Assembly: GCA_053919585.1 (NCBI GenBank) | Contig: CM132808.1 | DNA: 64,000 nt | Source of the DNA: Euprymna scolopes | Taxonomy: Eukaryota | Direction: 5' to 3' (one strand) | Shown here: piece after piece, positions 1 through 13,609 of the stretch | How positions within the stretch are numbered: position 1 is the stretch's first letter | How the letters are laid out: every line of letters starts with the position of its first letter | Made by a program: the position numbers and the translations under genes | The notes under the pieces: model-generated | Told to the model about the DNA's origin: nothing | Databases searched by the model: none | Seen by the model: only the letters and a program-made list of their open reading frames with translations

Positions 1-2435
1 AACAAATTTTTGAACGCTCTTTTTGAAAAAAAGCTCTCTTAACTTCACCTCTAATACAAATTATGTGTGGCAAGTCTCCTCCTAAAACACTCTTTAACCC
101 TAACAATAACACTAAGTTCGAGTGGCAAGCCCCCCCCCAACAAAATACCTCTGTAAGCCACATACAAGCATCTAAAACAAACAAACAAAAAATAGATCCT
201 TCCTTAAAGAAAAATACACAGAAAAATAAATTGGTTAACTGTCCTAAAATGCTAGAACGGCCAGGAAATGATGAATTATTTTACATTAAATTTTTGTGAA
301 ACTAACCGCTCCCCCCTCTAATATTGTTTTTGTTAGCTTTGTCTCTGTCAAGTTTTCAGTATGTTCACACATAATTTTCCTTAGCCCTACAATTAATTCA
401 AAGTCCGAATGGCAACCCTCCCCATATTCTCATTGCATAGAAACCCTCTTAAAACTACACATAATCATCTTAAAAAAAAACAGTTAACTGCCCTAAAATG
501 CTAGAATGACCTATATTAGGAAATTATTTTACATTCAATTCTAAAATAATTTGTTTATCTTTCATTAAAGTTTTTCATGGCATTTTATACATAATTTCCT
601 AAAAAGGTAGAATCACATTTTGGAGGGGTGGTCAGAAGGAGTTGAGTGGGGTTAAACAGAAGGTGTTAATCTACAATAATACCAAAGAAATATTGCAATA
701 TATTCATTTTTAAATGGTCTTATGTTTAGATTTAAGTTTTTTGTACATAAAGCACATTACAATTCAACTTTGAGTTCTCCAACTTCTTTTCTGTTTATGG
801 ATACATGGCATTTTTAAGGAATTGCTGCATATTTATGCACATTTACTGCAGATTATTTGGAAACCATAAACTTTGGGAGATTTTCAGTTGCATATTCTGA
901 TTCCTTGTACAAAAATACACTTATATGGTAAATTTCATTTCTTAGTCTTGTGTTTTAACAAAGATATGACATTTTTACTGAAAAAGTAGTGTAAAAAATG
1001 TGACGAAACGCATATGGTCTTAAAGAGGGAAAAATATCCAAACGTGTGAGGCACAAAAATAGCCATAACTTCCTTAATTTTAATCAGATTTTAAAAATTT
1101 AAAAAGATTCTTTCTTAGCTCATCAAGCTCTTTCTATGCATACCAATATTGAAATATTTCAAGCTATTTCAATTTTTTTATGTGTAATCATTCAATTTTT
1201 GTATTGTCTTCCTATCAGTTTAAAAAAAAATTTTAATTTTTTTTTTTTTTTTATATTTTGATATTTTATATTGTTTCAGATGTCTCTTAATCATGAACTT
1301 CTCTCAGGTTGGATATTCCAGCTAATGTTATATAACCCTGCTTTTTCCATTTTTAATTTTTTTTTTAAATTTTAATCCTTTATTTGTTTAAAATGAAAAA
1401 TAACTTTTTATTTAGTATATAAAAAAGTTGTACGATTAAGTCAGAAATTACACATTTTATTTTATCAAAGGCTGTGTTCAAACTTACTAGCCATAAAAAA
1501 GGAAATATGGCATTGTTATTTTATAACTTGAATGATTCAGTGTTATAGTAAAAATAAAAATACTGTAATATTGATCCATGAGGTCAGCAGTGTATGGAGG
1601 AGATGAGTAAATTTATTTTTTCTTCATTTTTATTAGTTGTTGTTGTTGTTTTTATTAGAAGTTGTTGTTGTTTTTATTAGTTGTTGTTGTTGTTTCAAAA
1701 ATAATTCTGAAATTAAATCCACCAGTATGTCAGTCTGGTAAGACTTTTTCTTTTTATATCAAACTAATTGCTAAAAAGTGATAGAGGAGCTGTTTAAACT
1801 GGAGATTCATAGAAAGTCTTAAATGAAAGATGTTACAGACACTTGTTTAAACTTTTTGTTATCAATGTCCCAAACTCTATTGAGTATCCCTTTTAGATAT
1901 AACTGAAATGTAAAATGAAAAAATTACAATTGATCTGGAAGAAAATATATTTGAGTATGTTTGTATGCAGTAATTTCTAAAATTTGGGGATAGTTCAATA
2001 TAAAATCATGACCAATATTCCCCCCCCCTCCCCGCTCCAAATGCCTTTTTTTTTTTATATACATTCTAGTAAACCGTATATTAATCCAGTTGGAAATAAT
2101 TAATGTCCTTTCATTATTTTTTTTTTTTTTTTAATAACAATTGTAACAAAACAAATGGTTATATTTTTTTAGATTTGCATAAAAAAAAAAAGTAAATGAG
2201 AATTGAGCAAAAAGATCAAAACAAATATTGTCTGTCAGTGATCTTCAAACTAAGCAAGCATTTTCAAATATTTAACTTTCAGAATTTTTTTATTTAAAAG
2301 TTCTATTCAAATCGATAAATTTATCATTTGTCTTAAAATAATTGAAAGCAACATTGTTTCAAATTCATGTTTTGTTATTTTTCAGCAACATAAATTCACG
2401 ATTTTATCTTTGAAATGTTTTTAATATTTTTTCAG

Positions 2436-2547
2436 TGAGTATAGGAAAGTTGATCTTGAAGCCAAATTTGAGCCGACCTTGCTTAACTCCACCGTTTATA
2501 TTATTTCCATGACTCTTCAAGTGTCAACATTTTTTGTAAATTATACT
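2436..2547 (+). CDS. ATP13A1: ATP13A1 (P5A-type ATPase), antepenultimate coding exon; upstream exons lie outside the window
   Basis: Pyrimidine tract+CAG acceptor and GTAAGT donor. Translates [37 protein letters not shown], matching the ATP13A1/Spf1 FEPxLxNSTVYI...NY motif. Confidence 0.93.
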
Positions 2548-5082
2548 GTAAGTATCGTCAATTTTGTGGAATATCTTGTTCTCATGATAAAATTTGCCTA
2601 AGAAAAATAAATTGCTTATTTTTTATATTGTAATGAAGCCGCTGACACATATGTAGCAACGGCGTCTCACATATGCAAATGATCAAGCCGTTGCATGGGA
2701 TGATATCACTGTGGAGGAAGAGGAAAGAGAAAAAAGAAAGGGACGGAAAAAAAAGCATGTAGATGTGGGAGGAGAAAAAGTACATGTCAGCACAAGAGTT
2801 TTTTAACCATGTGCCAGTGCAAGAGAGACTTTTAAGCACATGTCAGTGCAACAATAACTTTTAAACACGATGCGAGACACTAATCTCCAGACTTCTGAGC
2901 GGCTGTGAACCATTAAATGAATTACATACATAACCGTTGGTTATAGCTGCAGACTAAAAAAAATTCATGTTCATTGATCCAGAGAGGGGGAAAAAGCAAG
3001 AATGCTACCGTATTGTTGTTGACTTGGAAAATACATCTCAGGCAGCTTGGTGTGAAAGCATCCAATGATAAATGCTTTTTTTTCCAAATAAAAAAACTTG
3101 CGTCAAATTTCTTTCCTTTGTTTCTTTGCAAGACTTTCATGCACAACATCGGGTTAACGTGTTAAATTGTAACAACTACGTTACATGAAGATTATTTGAA
3201 ATTGTTAGAAAGACTGTACATTACATAAGATTATTTGGTACCATTAAAACCAGGTCTTTTGCACAAAAAAGGGGTTCAAAATTTAAAATAAAGATTACCA
3301 TGGGAAAGAATGCAGTTGCAAAAAAAAAAAAAAGCGATGACCAAGCAGAGAAGTATAACTTAAAGAAACAAAAGAATAATTGCATTAGTCTGTGAGTAAA
3401 TTTTTTTTTTTTTTTCTTTGCTGCTTCACTTTCAAATTTTTTTTTATCTTGTCAATCATATCTCGCTATCCCAAGATGGAAAATCATAGGAAAAGGGTGG
3501 GGATGGTGGATGAGTTAGGTAATGAACTGATCCGGGAATGGTTCCTTATGGAAATACTAAAGGCTTTTGCTGGTGAATTCACAAAGGCAGTTAGCTCGCA
3601 CTTGAATAACGTGCATGCCATGGGTGATAGATGGACACACACATATGAAGGATAAGCAAGTGACCTGGAAAGGTATTTTTCTAATCACAGCATCTGAACA
3701 AGAAAAGTGCCAACCTGCCCTGTTGACTAAAAGGGATTCCGTAGAAACCTTAGTTCACTATTAATATTATCTTTAATATTAAAGATAAAAGTTCTAGTAT
3801 TATGAATCGGTTATACAATATTATAGAGGAAATATATATATCATATGCATTTAACATATCAAATAGCTGATTCGGTTTTAAATAGGAATTTAGAATTAAA
3901 TATTTGACTTGAGTATATTTATAGTTTTGTAAATTTGTATTTGGGCTATTCAAATGATATCCAGCTCCCAGCTGAGAATACAAAATATCTCCAGATTTTT
4001 TTTTTATCTTATGAATTACTATAGTTTTAAAATGTATAAAAAAAAATTTTTTAAACTCCAATCATTAACACAAGATATGCTAAATGACTTTTTATTTATT
4101 TATAAGTTTCTAAACTGTGTCTGGTGCTTTTAGTTTTGGGTATTTAATTCTTATAAATTTAATACCAAACACAGAAATCTTAATGCTTAAAAATATCTTT
4201 AATTTTAAAACTAATGGCAAGTAAAATTTCTTGGCAGGCAAGTAAGATATTTGTCATTAACTGAACATTATTCTTTAATCCTAAAACTGATGCTCTTTAT
4301 GAGCATAATATGCAGGGGTTGCATTGTCACTGTGGTAGGAAGAGGTGTTCACTAAGCATTTAAGGTACTTACAATCCTTGGATGGAAAATGTGGATATCG
4401 AATTTGTTCGTAGACAGTCCAAACATTGCCAAGATAATTCAGGCAATGAATCGGATTTCTCAGTGATGAAACATCACTTAGCCATGACAGATGAAAGGGC
4501 CAGGGAAGTTAGTTCAGCTAAGAGACAAATGTGTTGTAGGACTAAGAAGTTATGCTAACTAGTTTGGTCAAGAATTTTGGAGAGGAAGTTTTAACCAAAA
4601 GAAAACTAATTAGGCAGTCTGCGTGAAATATCAAACGAGCTCAAGGAGATAAATATTAATGTTATGACTGATATAATAGGAAAAGAAAAATAGAAGGTTG
4701 TGGAGGAAAATTAGAAAATGTATAAGAAAAAAACTTGCACAACTGAAAAAAAAAATGTAACAAACAAATCTTAGAATACGATTAACAGGTAACATTTGTT
4801 ATGAAGACTGTCGAGATAAGCAAACTTTATTTCTAATGGTACAAAAAACTACATTCTCTCTATTTAAACAGTTAAGTTTCCCCCCCCCCTTTTTCAACTT
4901 ATTAAAACATTGTCTTTAAATGTTAAGAAAATATGTTGCAATTTTTTTTTGTAATAAAAAAAAAAAAAAAAAAATAGGAAATACTGATGTAAAAAAAAAA
5001 ATAAAATGGATGAACAAACTACACACTAAAACAATTTATTTGGATTTATTTATTCATCTTTTGTGTTTGTACTTTTTTTTTT

Positions 5083-6630
5083 GGATCAAGTAAAGATTAG
5101 ATACCCTGTAGCAGACGGCAAAGATAGGTGAGCAATTCAAGGAACACCGGTTGTTCAACCTTGACATTGCCGTAAACAGGTCAGATAGCAGACATATTCA
5201 AATGTTCGTGATAAAGATTTTTTTAAAAATATATTTACAAAACTTCTAAAGATTTAAAAGAAAATATATATTTACAAAACGTTTTCTTTAATATTAAATA
5301 TTTACAAAACTTAAGGATTAAAAAAAAAAAAACTTTTTTCTATTTATACAAAACTTTTTGTGTAAGTAACAAAACAAACGTAAATTTAACAAAATTTATT
5401 AAAATAAATGAGTGTCTTTCTGAGTGCGTTTTTTAAATATATTTACAGAACTTTAATAATAAAAAAAAAAAAAGAATGAACTATATTAATTGCAAATCAT
5501 TAGAAACTGAAAATTTCGGATGCTAAACTTACTTGCACTTAATTTGTCTTTATGGAGAAGTAAGCAAATAGCAAGTTTTTCTTTGTTGTTTTTTTTTATT
5601 TTTTTAAATAAAAATTATAAAAAGATTTATATCTTGTGATACTTCACTTCATTTTTATAAAAATAAAAGATATGTGAATAAAATATTTTTTAAAACCTTG
5701 ATTATTTATACTTGTAATTTTATTATGCATAAAAATTGCCTTGGTCTAGAAGGATTTCTCCTCCACTGACCACCTACATACATCGCACTTTAAATACTGA
5801 TACTAAATACTGAATTGTATTAAAAACACAAAGAAAGATAAACACACACACACACTGTACATAAAAATTAATCTTAGTTACAAAAATCCGAACAAGTCAG
5901 TTATTTTATTTGTTTCTGCCATTAAAAAGTTTGGTTATAATAATTTTATTTAAATTTTTTTTTTAATTATGTATTTTTTAATTGACATCATCCGAAATTC
6001 TCAATTATAATCTCGGTTTATTTATTTATTTGGTATTATTTTACGACCTGCCCCAGCGTAGTATAAACACCCAACTACCCCATGTTAAGAATGGCTTTCG
6101 GAATAAACACCTCCCAACATTAAGAACGGCTTTTGAGGTTGGGGGTGTTATTCTGAAAGCCGTTAACATAGGGAGGTTGGAGTGTTTATAATATGCTGGG
6201 GCACGTCATAAAAATTTACCATTTATTTATTTATTTATTATTATTATTAATTAAAAGTTCTGTAAATATATAAAAAGAACGTACTCAGAAAGACACCCAT
6301 TTATTTAAATATATTTTGTTTAAATACGCTTGTTTTATTACTTACATTAAAAAGTTTTGCGTAAATAGAAAAAAGGTTTTTTTTTTTTTTTTTAATCCTT
6401 AAAAGTTTTGTTAATATTAAAGAAAATGTTTTGTAAAAATATATTTGTTCTTTTAAATCTTCAAAAGTTTTGTAAATATATTTTTAAAAATCTTGCTCGA
6501 ACATTTGAATATGTCTGCTATTTGACGTGTTTATAACCAACGGCAATGTCAAGGTCGAACAACCGGTGTCCCTTGAATTGTTCGCCTATCTTTGTCGTCT
6601 GCTACGAGGTATCTAATCTTTACTTGATCC
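5083..6630. mobile_element. Foldback non-autonomous DNA transposon (family J) with arms of about 400 bp
   Basis: GGATCAAGTAAAGATTAGATACC... at 5083 is the reverse complement of ...GGTATCTAATCTTTACTTGATCC ending at 6630. Flanks are TTTTTTTT / GTTTTTTT. Confidence 0.85.
6032..6220. mobile_element. MITE (family K) nested in J
   Basis: Palindromic GGTA...TACC element with 8-bp TSD ATTTATTT on both sides (low complexity). Confidence 0.75.
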
Positions 6631-7994
6631 GTTTTTTTATTTTGTCGCAGGTTTGAAAAAGTTTTTGTAAAGAATTTGTTTTGGCATGGAAAGGTATGTA
6701 ACGAAGCCAATGACACATATCTAACAGCAGTGGCATCTCACATATACAAATTACCAAGCCATGGCGCAAGATAGTCATAAAGGAAGGGGAAGGAGAAAAA
6801 AAGAAATAGGGAGGAAAAAAAGGATTCATTGATATGGGAGGAGAAAAAGCATGGGTTTTTTACCTGGCACCATGACAGGACTTATAAGCATGTGTCTGCG
6901 TGACAAGAACTTTTAAAACAAGATGTAATAAAAACTTTTAACAAAATTGTCGAAGGACCATGTCCCATGGGGTGAGCTGAGGACTGGGAAATTGTTAATT
7001 GACCACAAGAGAAAAAGCAATGATGCGATCATATTGTCGTTGGAAAATGTGTCCGTATTTTGGTGATGAAATGACCGTTAATAAATGCCTTTTTATTCAA
7101 TTGAAAAAAAAAAAAAAAAACTTGGATTTTTTTTTTTTATGTAAGACTTCCAGATACAACGTTGAGTCTGTGTTAAAATCTAACGACCACCTTACAATAT
7201 GAAATCTTTCAAATGAGATTGTATTCAATAAGCAAATGTCATTATCATATAATCTATTACTATACTAAAGCTATATGAATCAGCGTTTGGTTCCCTAAGG
7301 CGTTTGAATATTTTTTATCACACAAAATACATGGTAAAGTATTCATAAATTTAAGGATTGAGTTATGTTAAAAAACAAAAACTTCCATTTTTTTTTTTTT
7401 TTTTTTTTAACTAACTGTAATTTGTAAATAACTTATCAAATAAGTCTTCTCTTATTTTGTGTGACTCTTACTCTACAACTTATTAATCTGTTTTTTCATT
7501 TTTTTTTTTATTGAAGTTGAAGTTAATAATGGAAAGAAAGAAAAAGATTGAAATAGTCCATTATGAATTAAGGCATATTGATAATACTATTTAAGAGGTA
7601 GTTGAGAAGAAAAGGACTATTTTTTGTCTTTATTTTTTATATTCAACTGACTTTACAAATACTTTAAATCCAAACAATTTAATCCAAGCTTAATGGATGA
7701 CTCTACAAGTGAGTTTTTGTTTTATTGTAATATTTATTAAACTATGGTGAAATATTTATCTGGCATATGAGTGAATTTCGTAATAAAACTACGCTTGTTT
7801 CACCACAGAAGTATTGTTTAGTTTTCAATATAATTTTTTTTCAAGCACATTTATTCATTCTCAGCAAAAAATATAGCTTTTGTATTGTTTTATATAAGAA
7901 ACTCAACTAAAAAAAAAAATTATTTTAAACTTCATATGAGTTGCTTCCCCTGTTCTGTGTAATCATTTTGTGCTTGTCATTTTTCTTTTTCCAG

Positions 7995-8138
7995 GGAGAA
8001 CCATTTATGGAAGGTTTAAAGGATAATAAACCTTTGTTGTACAGTTTATTAGTGTCTGGCAGCACAGTCCTCTTGTTGGCTTCTGGAGTATTTCCTCAAA
8101 TGTTGGAAATGTTTCAACTTGTAGAACTTCCGTCTGAT
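7995..8138 (+). CDS. ATP13A1: ATP13A1 penultimate coding exon
   Basis: ttttctttttccag acceptor, GTAAGT donor, 144 nt, phase 0. Translates GEPFMEGLKDNKPLLYSLLVSGSTVLLLASGVFPQMLEMFQLVELPSD, continuing the NYxGxPFMExLxxNKPL motif in frame. Confidence 0.95.
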
Positions 8139-8169
8139 GTAAGTAAAGCTTATTTGATTCCTCTGCCTT

Positions 8170-11100
8170 TCTTTTTATCTGGTGCTACCAAATCAACTGG
8201 CCATGGTTTGCAACACTCCACTTTGGCCCTTACTTCGACTAGACGGGCGGCCATAAAAACCCAACTCTATCAATCGGCTAGTCATGACAAGCCCTAATAA
8301 CAGTAAAACCACATACTAATATTAGAAAGCGATGGCTAGGGCCAATCAGATAGTGAAACCATATACTACCAACAACAAACCCCTTTATTATACCTTGCTG
8401 GGGCCAAGGAAATAAGGAAATCATTACAAGCAACACATTCGCTGCTTGAGTATATCATTATTGTATCCCTCAGATGTTTGAGAGAATGGGTTTCTTCCTC
8501 CAACCGTCTCCCAATATAGGTCTCCGAGAAGGATGGGGAGCAAAAATGATAAAAGAAAATACTTCATATGGCTTCTAAAAAAATCGAAAGACTCCATCCA
8601 GCTTCAAATACAGAAAGTGATGAAAATGAAAATACAATCTTGGTACTGAGTACATAATCTTAGAATCGCAAGACAATACACAATAACAAAAATGACCCTA
8701 TTCCTAATCAAGAAAATTATAAACAAAAATCTCAACACAAAGCAAATAAAAAAAATTAAAAAATTGAACCTTACTTGTGCAAGTATCTTTTAAAAATAAT
8801 GCAGAAAAATTTTTTAACATGGACAAAGTTCCATGATATAACCATTAAAACCTACCCTCACAAAACCCTCAACACCTCAAAAGGAGTCATCAAATGTCCA
8901 AAATTAAACAAACCTAAAAAGAAAGTTATAGACACCAAAATAATTACAATAAAAAGAAATGAATAAACACAAACGCATATAATTAACCTTCAATACTCCC
9001 ACCCTACCAACTCAAATCCGGATTGGATATATTAACATTAAAGTAGAAACATATATCCCCAGACCACTTCACTGCCTAAACTACCAAAAATTCAGCCACT
9101 ACAAAGAATACTGCACAAAGAAAACAGTATGCCCAAAATGTAGCAGTAATGAACACCAGGAAACATCAAATGACCAAACTGTGGTGAGACTCATTCAGCA
9201 TACTCACCTCTCTACCAAAACTGGATCAAAGAAAAAGGAATAACTGAATTAAAATATACAAAAAAACATAAGCTTTACCAAAGCCAGGAAGATCATTGAA
9301 TCAGCCTCCACAACAGAACCAGCATGAGATGGGAAATACACTAAACAAGCTAATATACACATCATTCATAACAATATCAAAATCACTAACAAAGGAGAAA
9401 TAGCTAAAATCTTAGCTGAAAACTTTGCCAAAAATTCCTCACTAAATAATAACAAAGAATTTCAAATCATCAAAAACCAAGTAGAACAACAAATCCACTT
9501 CCACTCAGACAACACTGAATACTACAATCAAATCTTCACTATGTATGAATTAGAAAAATCTCTTAAAAATACCCATAGTTCAACAGCTGATGAAATCCCC
9601 TATGTCTTCCTAAAAGAATTGCCAAGGAAATCAAAAGAATACCTCCTCAAAATATTCAGCAATATTTGGATCAATGAAAAATTCCCTGACACATGGAGAC
9701 ATGCCGTTATAATATGCATACCTAAACCTTCAAAAGATCCCTCAGATGTAACAAACTATTGTCCCATTGCACTTACAAGCTGCGTCTGCAAAACCCTTAA
9801 GCGAATGATTAATAGAAGGCGAACCTGGTATCCAGAAAGGAAAAACCTAATTTCTGAACACCAAGCAGATTTCCAAAAGGGCAAAAGCTCTACTGACTAC
9901 ATCATAAATTTGGAAGCCTATATTAGAAAAGCCTTCATCCATAAAGAACATGTAGTAACAGTCTTTGACCTAGAAAAAGCTTGTGATACCACTTTGAAGT
10001 ACGGAATATTAAAAGACCTGAATGAACTAGGTCTAAACGGCAGAATGTTAACATTTATCAAAAACTACCTCAGTGAAAGAACCTTCCAAGTAAGACTAGG
10101 AAACATCCTATCAAAGCCTAAAAAACAGGAAATGGGCATCTCCCAAGGTGGAATCTTCTTAGTCACACTTTTCAATGTAAAAATAAACAATAAAGCTAAT
10201 AACATAAACACTGGAACAAACTATGCCATCTGTATTGATGACCTCATGATCAGTTTAAAGGCCAAAAACATGAACACTATTGAATGACACCTACAACTAT
10301 ACATAAACAAAATAAACAGCTGAGCCACTAAAACAAAAAACTCACCTTCATACCCCACATAAAAAAAACTTGAGAAAAAAATCTAACTGCAATTAATAAG
10401 ATCCAAGTTGGACTATGGCTGTTTTATCTAAAGTGCAACAAGAAAATTCTACATCTCAACACAACTTCCCACTAACTCAACACAACTCACCACTAAGGAC
10501 TTCGACTAGCACTAGGAGTTTTTACCACCACACCAGTCGAGAGTCTATGCTGAAACAAATAAACCTGCACTAGAAATGAGATAAATAAAATTAACCCTAC
10601 AATACTATACAAAACTCGCATCTTACACCTCAAACTCTCTATATACTAGTGTGTTTCACCCCAGACACCAAACTCTATTCCAAAAAAAAAAAAAGCAATC
10701 AAGTCTTATGGCCTTTGCATGAAAGAAATAAGACTAAGCCAAAATTAACATCTTCCAAATCCACAAGTCTTCTAGATTGAAACATCCACCCTGGCTATCC
10801 AACACTTCTGCAAACCCACCTGAGCAAACAAAACATACTAGTATATTATTAAACCTCTCTAAACATCCCAAAGTCAACACAAGTAGATGCATCTTTATGG
10901 AAAAATTACATGACATTCTTCAAGACTATCCAGATTACGAACATATGTATACCAACGGAGCTAAAGCCATTGAAAAAGTCAGAAATTCTGCTATTTATCA
11001 ACAAAGAAAAATCCCAAAATGCCTACCTGATAGATTTTCCATCATAAAAATCCCTATACCAACTTAAAACCAACCATAAACTCAAACATCAAAACAAAAT

Positions 11101-11668
11101 GGCAACAACAATGGAACACTTTAAAAAAAAACAAGCTACAAGAAATCAAACTCTCACTAATAGAATGGAATCCCAAATCCAAACTAAATCGGAAAGAAGA
11201 GGTGATCATAACAAGAATAAGAACAGGGCACACAAATATCACTCATCCTTTCCTATTGAAAGGAGAAACCCCACTAGAATGCTTACTCTAAGAAAATTAC
11301 ACGGTTAAACATTTCCTAATAAGCATCAACTTAGCCTGCTTACGCCAAAAACATGACGGCATTAACATTAAAGATCTCTTCAAAGATATAGATGAAAAAA
11401 AAAAATTCTAAATTACTTGAAAGAAGTAAATCTTTTCTCCAAAATATAAATCTACTTTTCAGGGGGGGGAAAAAAAAAAAAAATCCTTTACAAAACACTC
11501 TCCAAACTCACCTTGACATACTGGAAAGCAAAGAATACTTATTCTATTAAGACTGAGTCTCCTCCCCCCCCCCCCCCCCCACTAAAAAAAAAAAAAAAAA
11601 AAACCCCGCTTCTTTGGTCTTAAATGACCAGCTGTCGATAGACTAATAAACCAAACAATCAATTAATC
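8170..11668 (+). mobile_element. I-group (Nimb-like) LINE, decayed, with the endonuclease region deleted
   Basis: ORF1 remnant (PHKTLNTSKGVI, zinc-knuckle remains), RT ORF 9541-10287, RNase H remnant (MYTNGAK, from YTDGSK), C-terminal RIRTGHT motif, and a tail ending aaaccaaacaatcaattaatc. The 5' boundary is approximate. Confidence 0.85.
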
Positions 11669-12557
11669 GTTTACGGTCAGTTGAGCAACATGTGGGCAAG
11701 CATTGTCATTTCATCAATTTGTCAGCAGTATTTCTCTACCGTAATCGTTTCACCCAGATTCAAGAAGCTGTGATGGATGAGACCGGCCACTGACCACCAA
11801 ACAGTCACTATAACCTTCTTTTTGGTGCAGTCTCGGCTTCGGAAAGTATTGTAAAGCTTCTCCAGCATCCAACCTCCAACCACTGTGTCGAAGATCGCCG
11901 GTTGTTATAGAGGATCCACTTTTCATCATACCTCACAATCCACTTGAGAAATGAGTCGTTTTGTTGTGCAGAAGAAGACACCTCGAAATGACGTTTTTTT
12001 TTTTTTTTTGTTGTTTTTTTTTTATCATTCGATTCATGCGAAACCCATTTATCCAACTTTTTTGACTTCCTTATTTGCTTTAAATGAAGAACAACTGTTG
12101 AGTGGTCGACCTTGAGTTCAACAGCAAATGATTTTGTGAGGATTGGTTTCAATTAAGGCTTTCAAATGTTCGTTATCAACCGCAGTCAGCCAGTCGCAAC
12201 CATCTTCATCTTCAAGGCTCTCGTCACCATTGCGAAATTTCTTGAACTACTGTTGTGCCATACGTTCGTTAGCGATTCCTAGGCCAAATGCATCATTGGT
12301 ATCATGAGCTGTGTCAGCAACTTTTCAGTCTAGTTTGAACTGGAACAAGAAAATCATACGGATTTGAATTTTTGTCCACGCTGTCAAGAAGCTTGCAAAA
12401 GAATGAAGAAATTGAGAAATGTAACAAATAACACATCCGATAGAGCAAAATACTTTTCAAAATGATATGTAACATGGCTATATATCAATGAATTAATTCA
12501 GAAATCATATATAAAAGTAACATATGTGAGAAAACTATTGTTTTTGCACCAACCTAA
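11669..12557 (-). mobile_element. Mariner (Hsmar1/cecropia-like) transposon, 5' half, decayed
   Basis: TIR TTAGGTTGGTGCAAAA at 12557. Frameshifted transposase: FKKFRNGDESLEDE, KLDKWVSHE (WVPHEL), IVRYDEKWILYNN. Confidence 0.88.
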
Positions 12558-13143
12558 AATATTTGTACATGCACCCACCTTACCTATAAATAAACCTATA
12601 GAAACCTATAGTTTCTTTGTGAGCATTTTGAAGATTACACATCGTAAGAGGATGTTTCCTCTTCACTACCATTAGTCACACGTGTTTTGTTAAAGTTTTA
12701 GGGAATTTATTTCCTTCCCTTTTGTATGAAATGCTGATATCTTACCTGCAACGGGAGATGAGATGTGGCTTCATAACTTCCCTAGTTTATTTTTTTCTAT
12801 ATGAGCATAATCAAAACCAAACTTGATTTGACAATGCTTAATGATGGTGAAATCTATTATACTAAACCTGAGTTAATCATGTGCTTACTCTTTTTTTTCA
12901 ATATATTTTAATCACACAAAATACATGTTATCTCAATAGCAAGGGAAATTTCATGTTTAAAAAGAAATTGTTCTAATTAGCCATAATTTGAAATTTACTC
13001 ACCAAGTTACCTATCTTGTATGAAGTGTCCTATCATTCTTGTGCTCTCACTGTATCTGATCTAATCTCCCCTGCTACTTATTTTATACAGGATCCATAAC
13101 TCTTGCTGCTGTAACTCTTAGTTTTTTAAGATAAAGTAATAAA

Positions 13144-13311
13144 TAGGACAATGACAACAGCATATTCTTTTCATTGTTTTGACTCTCAAGTGTGTATCTG
13201 TTATCTTATATGCTTTTATATAGAGTGATTGCTTATTAGTTGATTAACTGTGTCTGATTATATACTCAAGAGTCAAAACAATAAAAAGAATATGCTGTTG
13301 TCATAGCCCTA
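13144..13311. mobile_element. hAT-type MITE
   Basis: TAGG...CCTA TIRs of about 50 bp with a perfect 8-bp TSD GTAATAAA (13136-13143, 13312-13319). Confidence 0.85.
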
Positions 13312-13609
13312 GTAATAAAACTATAAAACAGAAGCTGGGAATAGTTCATTATAAACAATAGGAATATCACCATGAGTATTAATATTATTTAAACCCATAA
13401 TTGGAGAAATCAAAGAGAGGAAGATATATTAAAGCGAGACTGATTTTTTTTTAGTTAAATTTGTTTTGAATCGGTAAAAAATGGGTTTGCGGTCTGGAAT
13501 AAGATCAAGTGCTTCCCTGCTCGTCAACAATTGCCCCCCCCCTCCCCCCATGTTGTGTGTCATGAATTTCTTTTCTTTCATTTTCTCTTCTGATTCTGAG
13601 AATATCGTC

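Larger units (their letters stand above)
2629..7196 (+). mobile_element. Old, decayed LTR retrotransposon in an ATP13A1 intron (LTRs 2629-3185 and 6697-7196)
   Basis: Two diverged direct repeats, each TGTAA...TTACA. ATAT lies immediately left of the first and right of the second (putative 4-bp TSD). A purine-rich GGAAAGG precedes the second repeat. No intact internal ORF. Confidence 0.55.

Noticed and set aside
7941-8297. 118-aa ORF as a stand-alone gene
   Set aside because: Only 7995-8138 is ATP13A1-like and it is bounded by splice sites; the rest is intron or LINE sequence.
8190-8300. Possible HDV-like ribozyme at the 5' end of the I-group LINE
   Set aside because: Some GC-rich complementarity, but no convincing P3/L3/P1.1 core.
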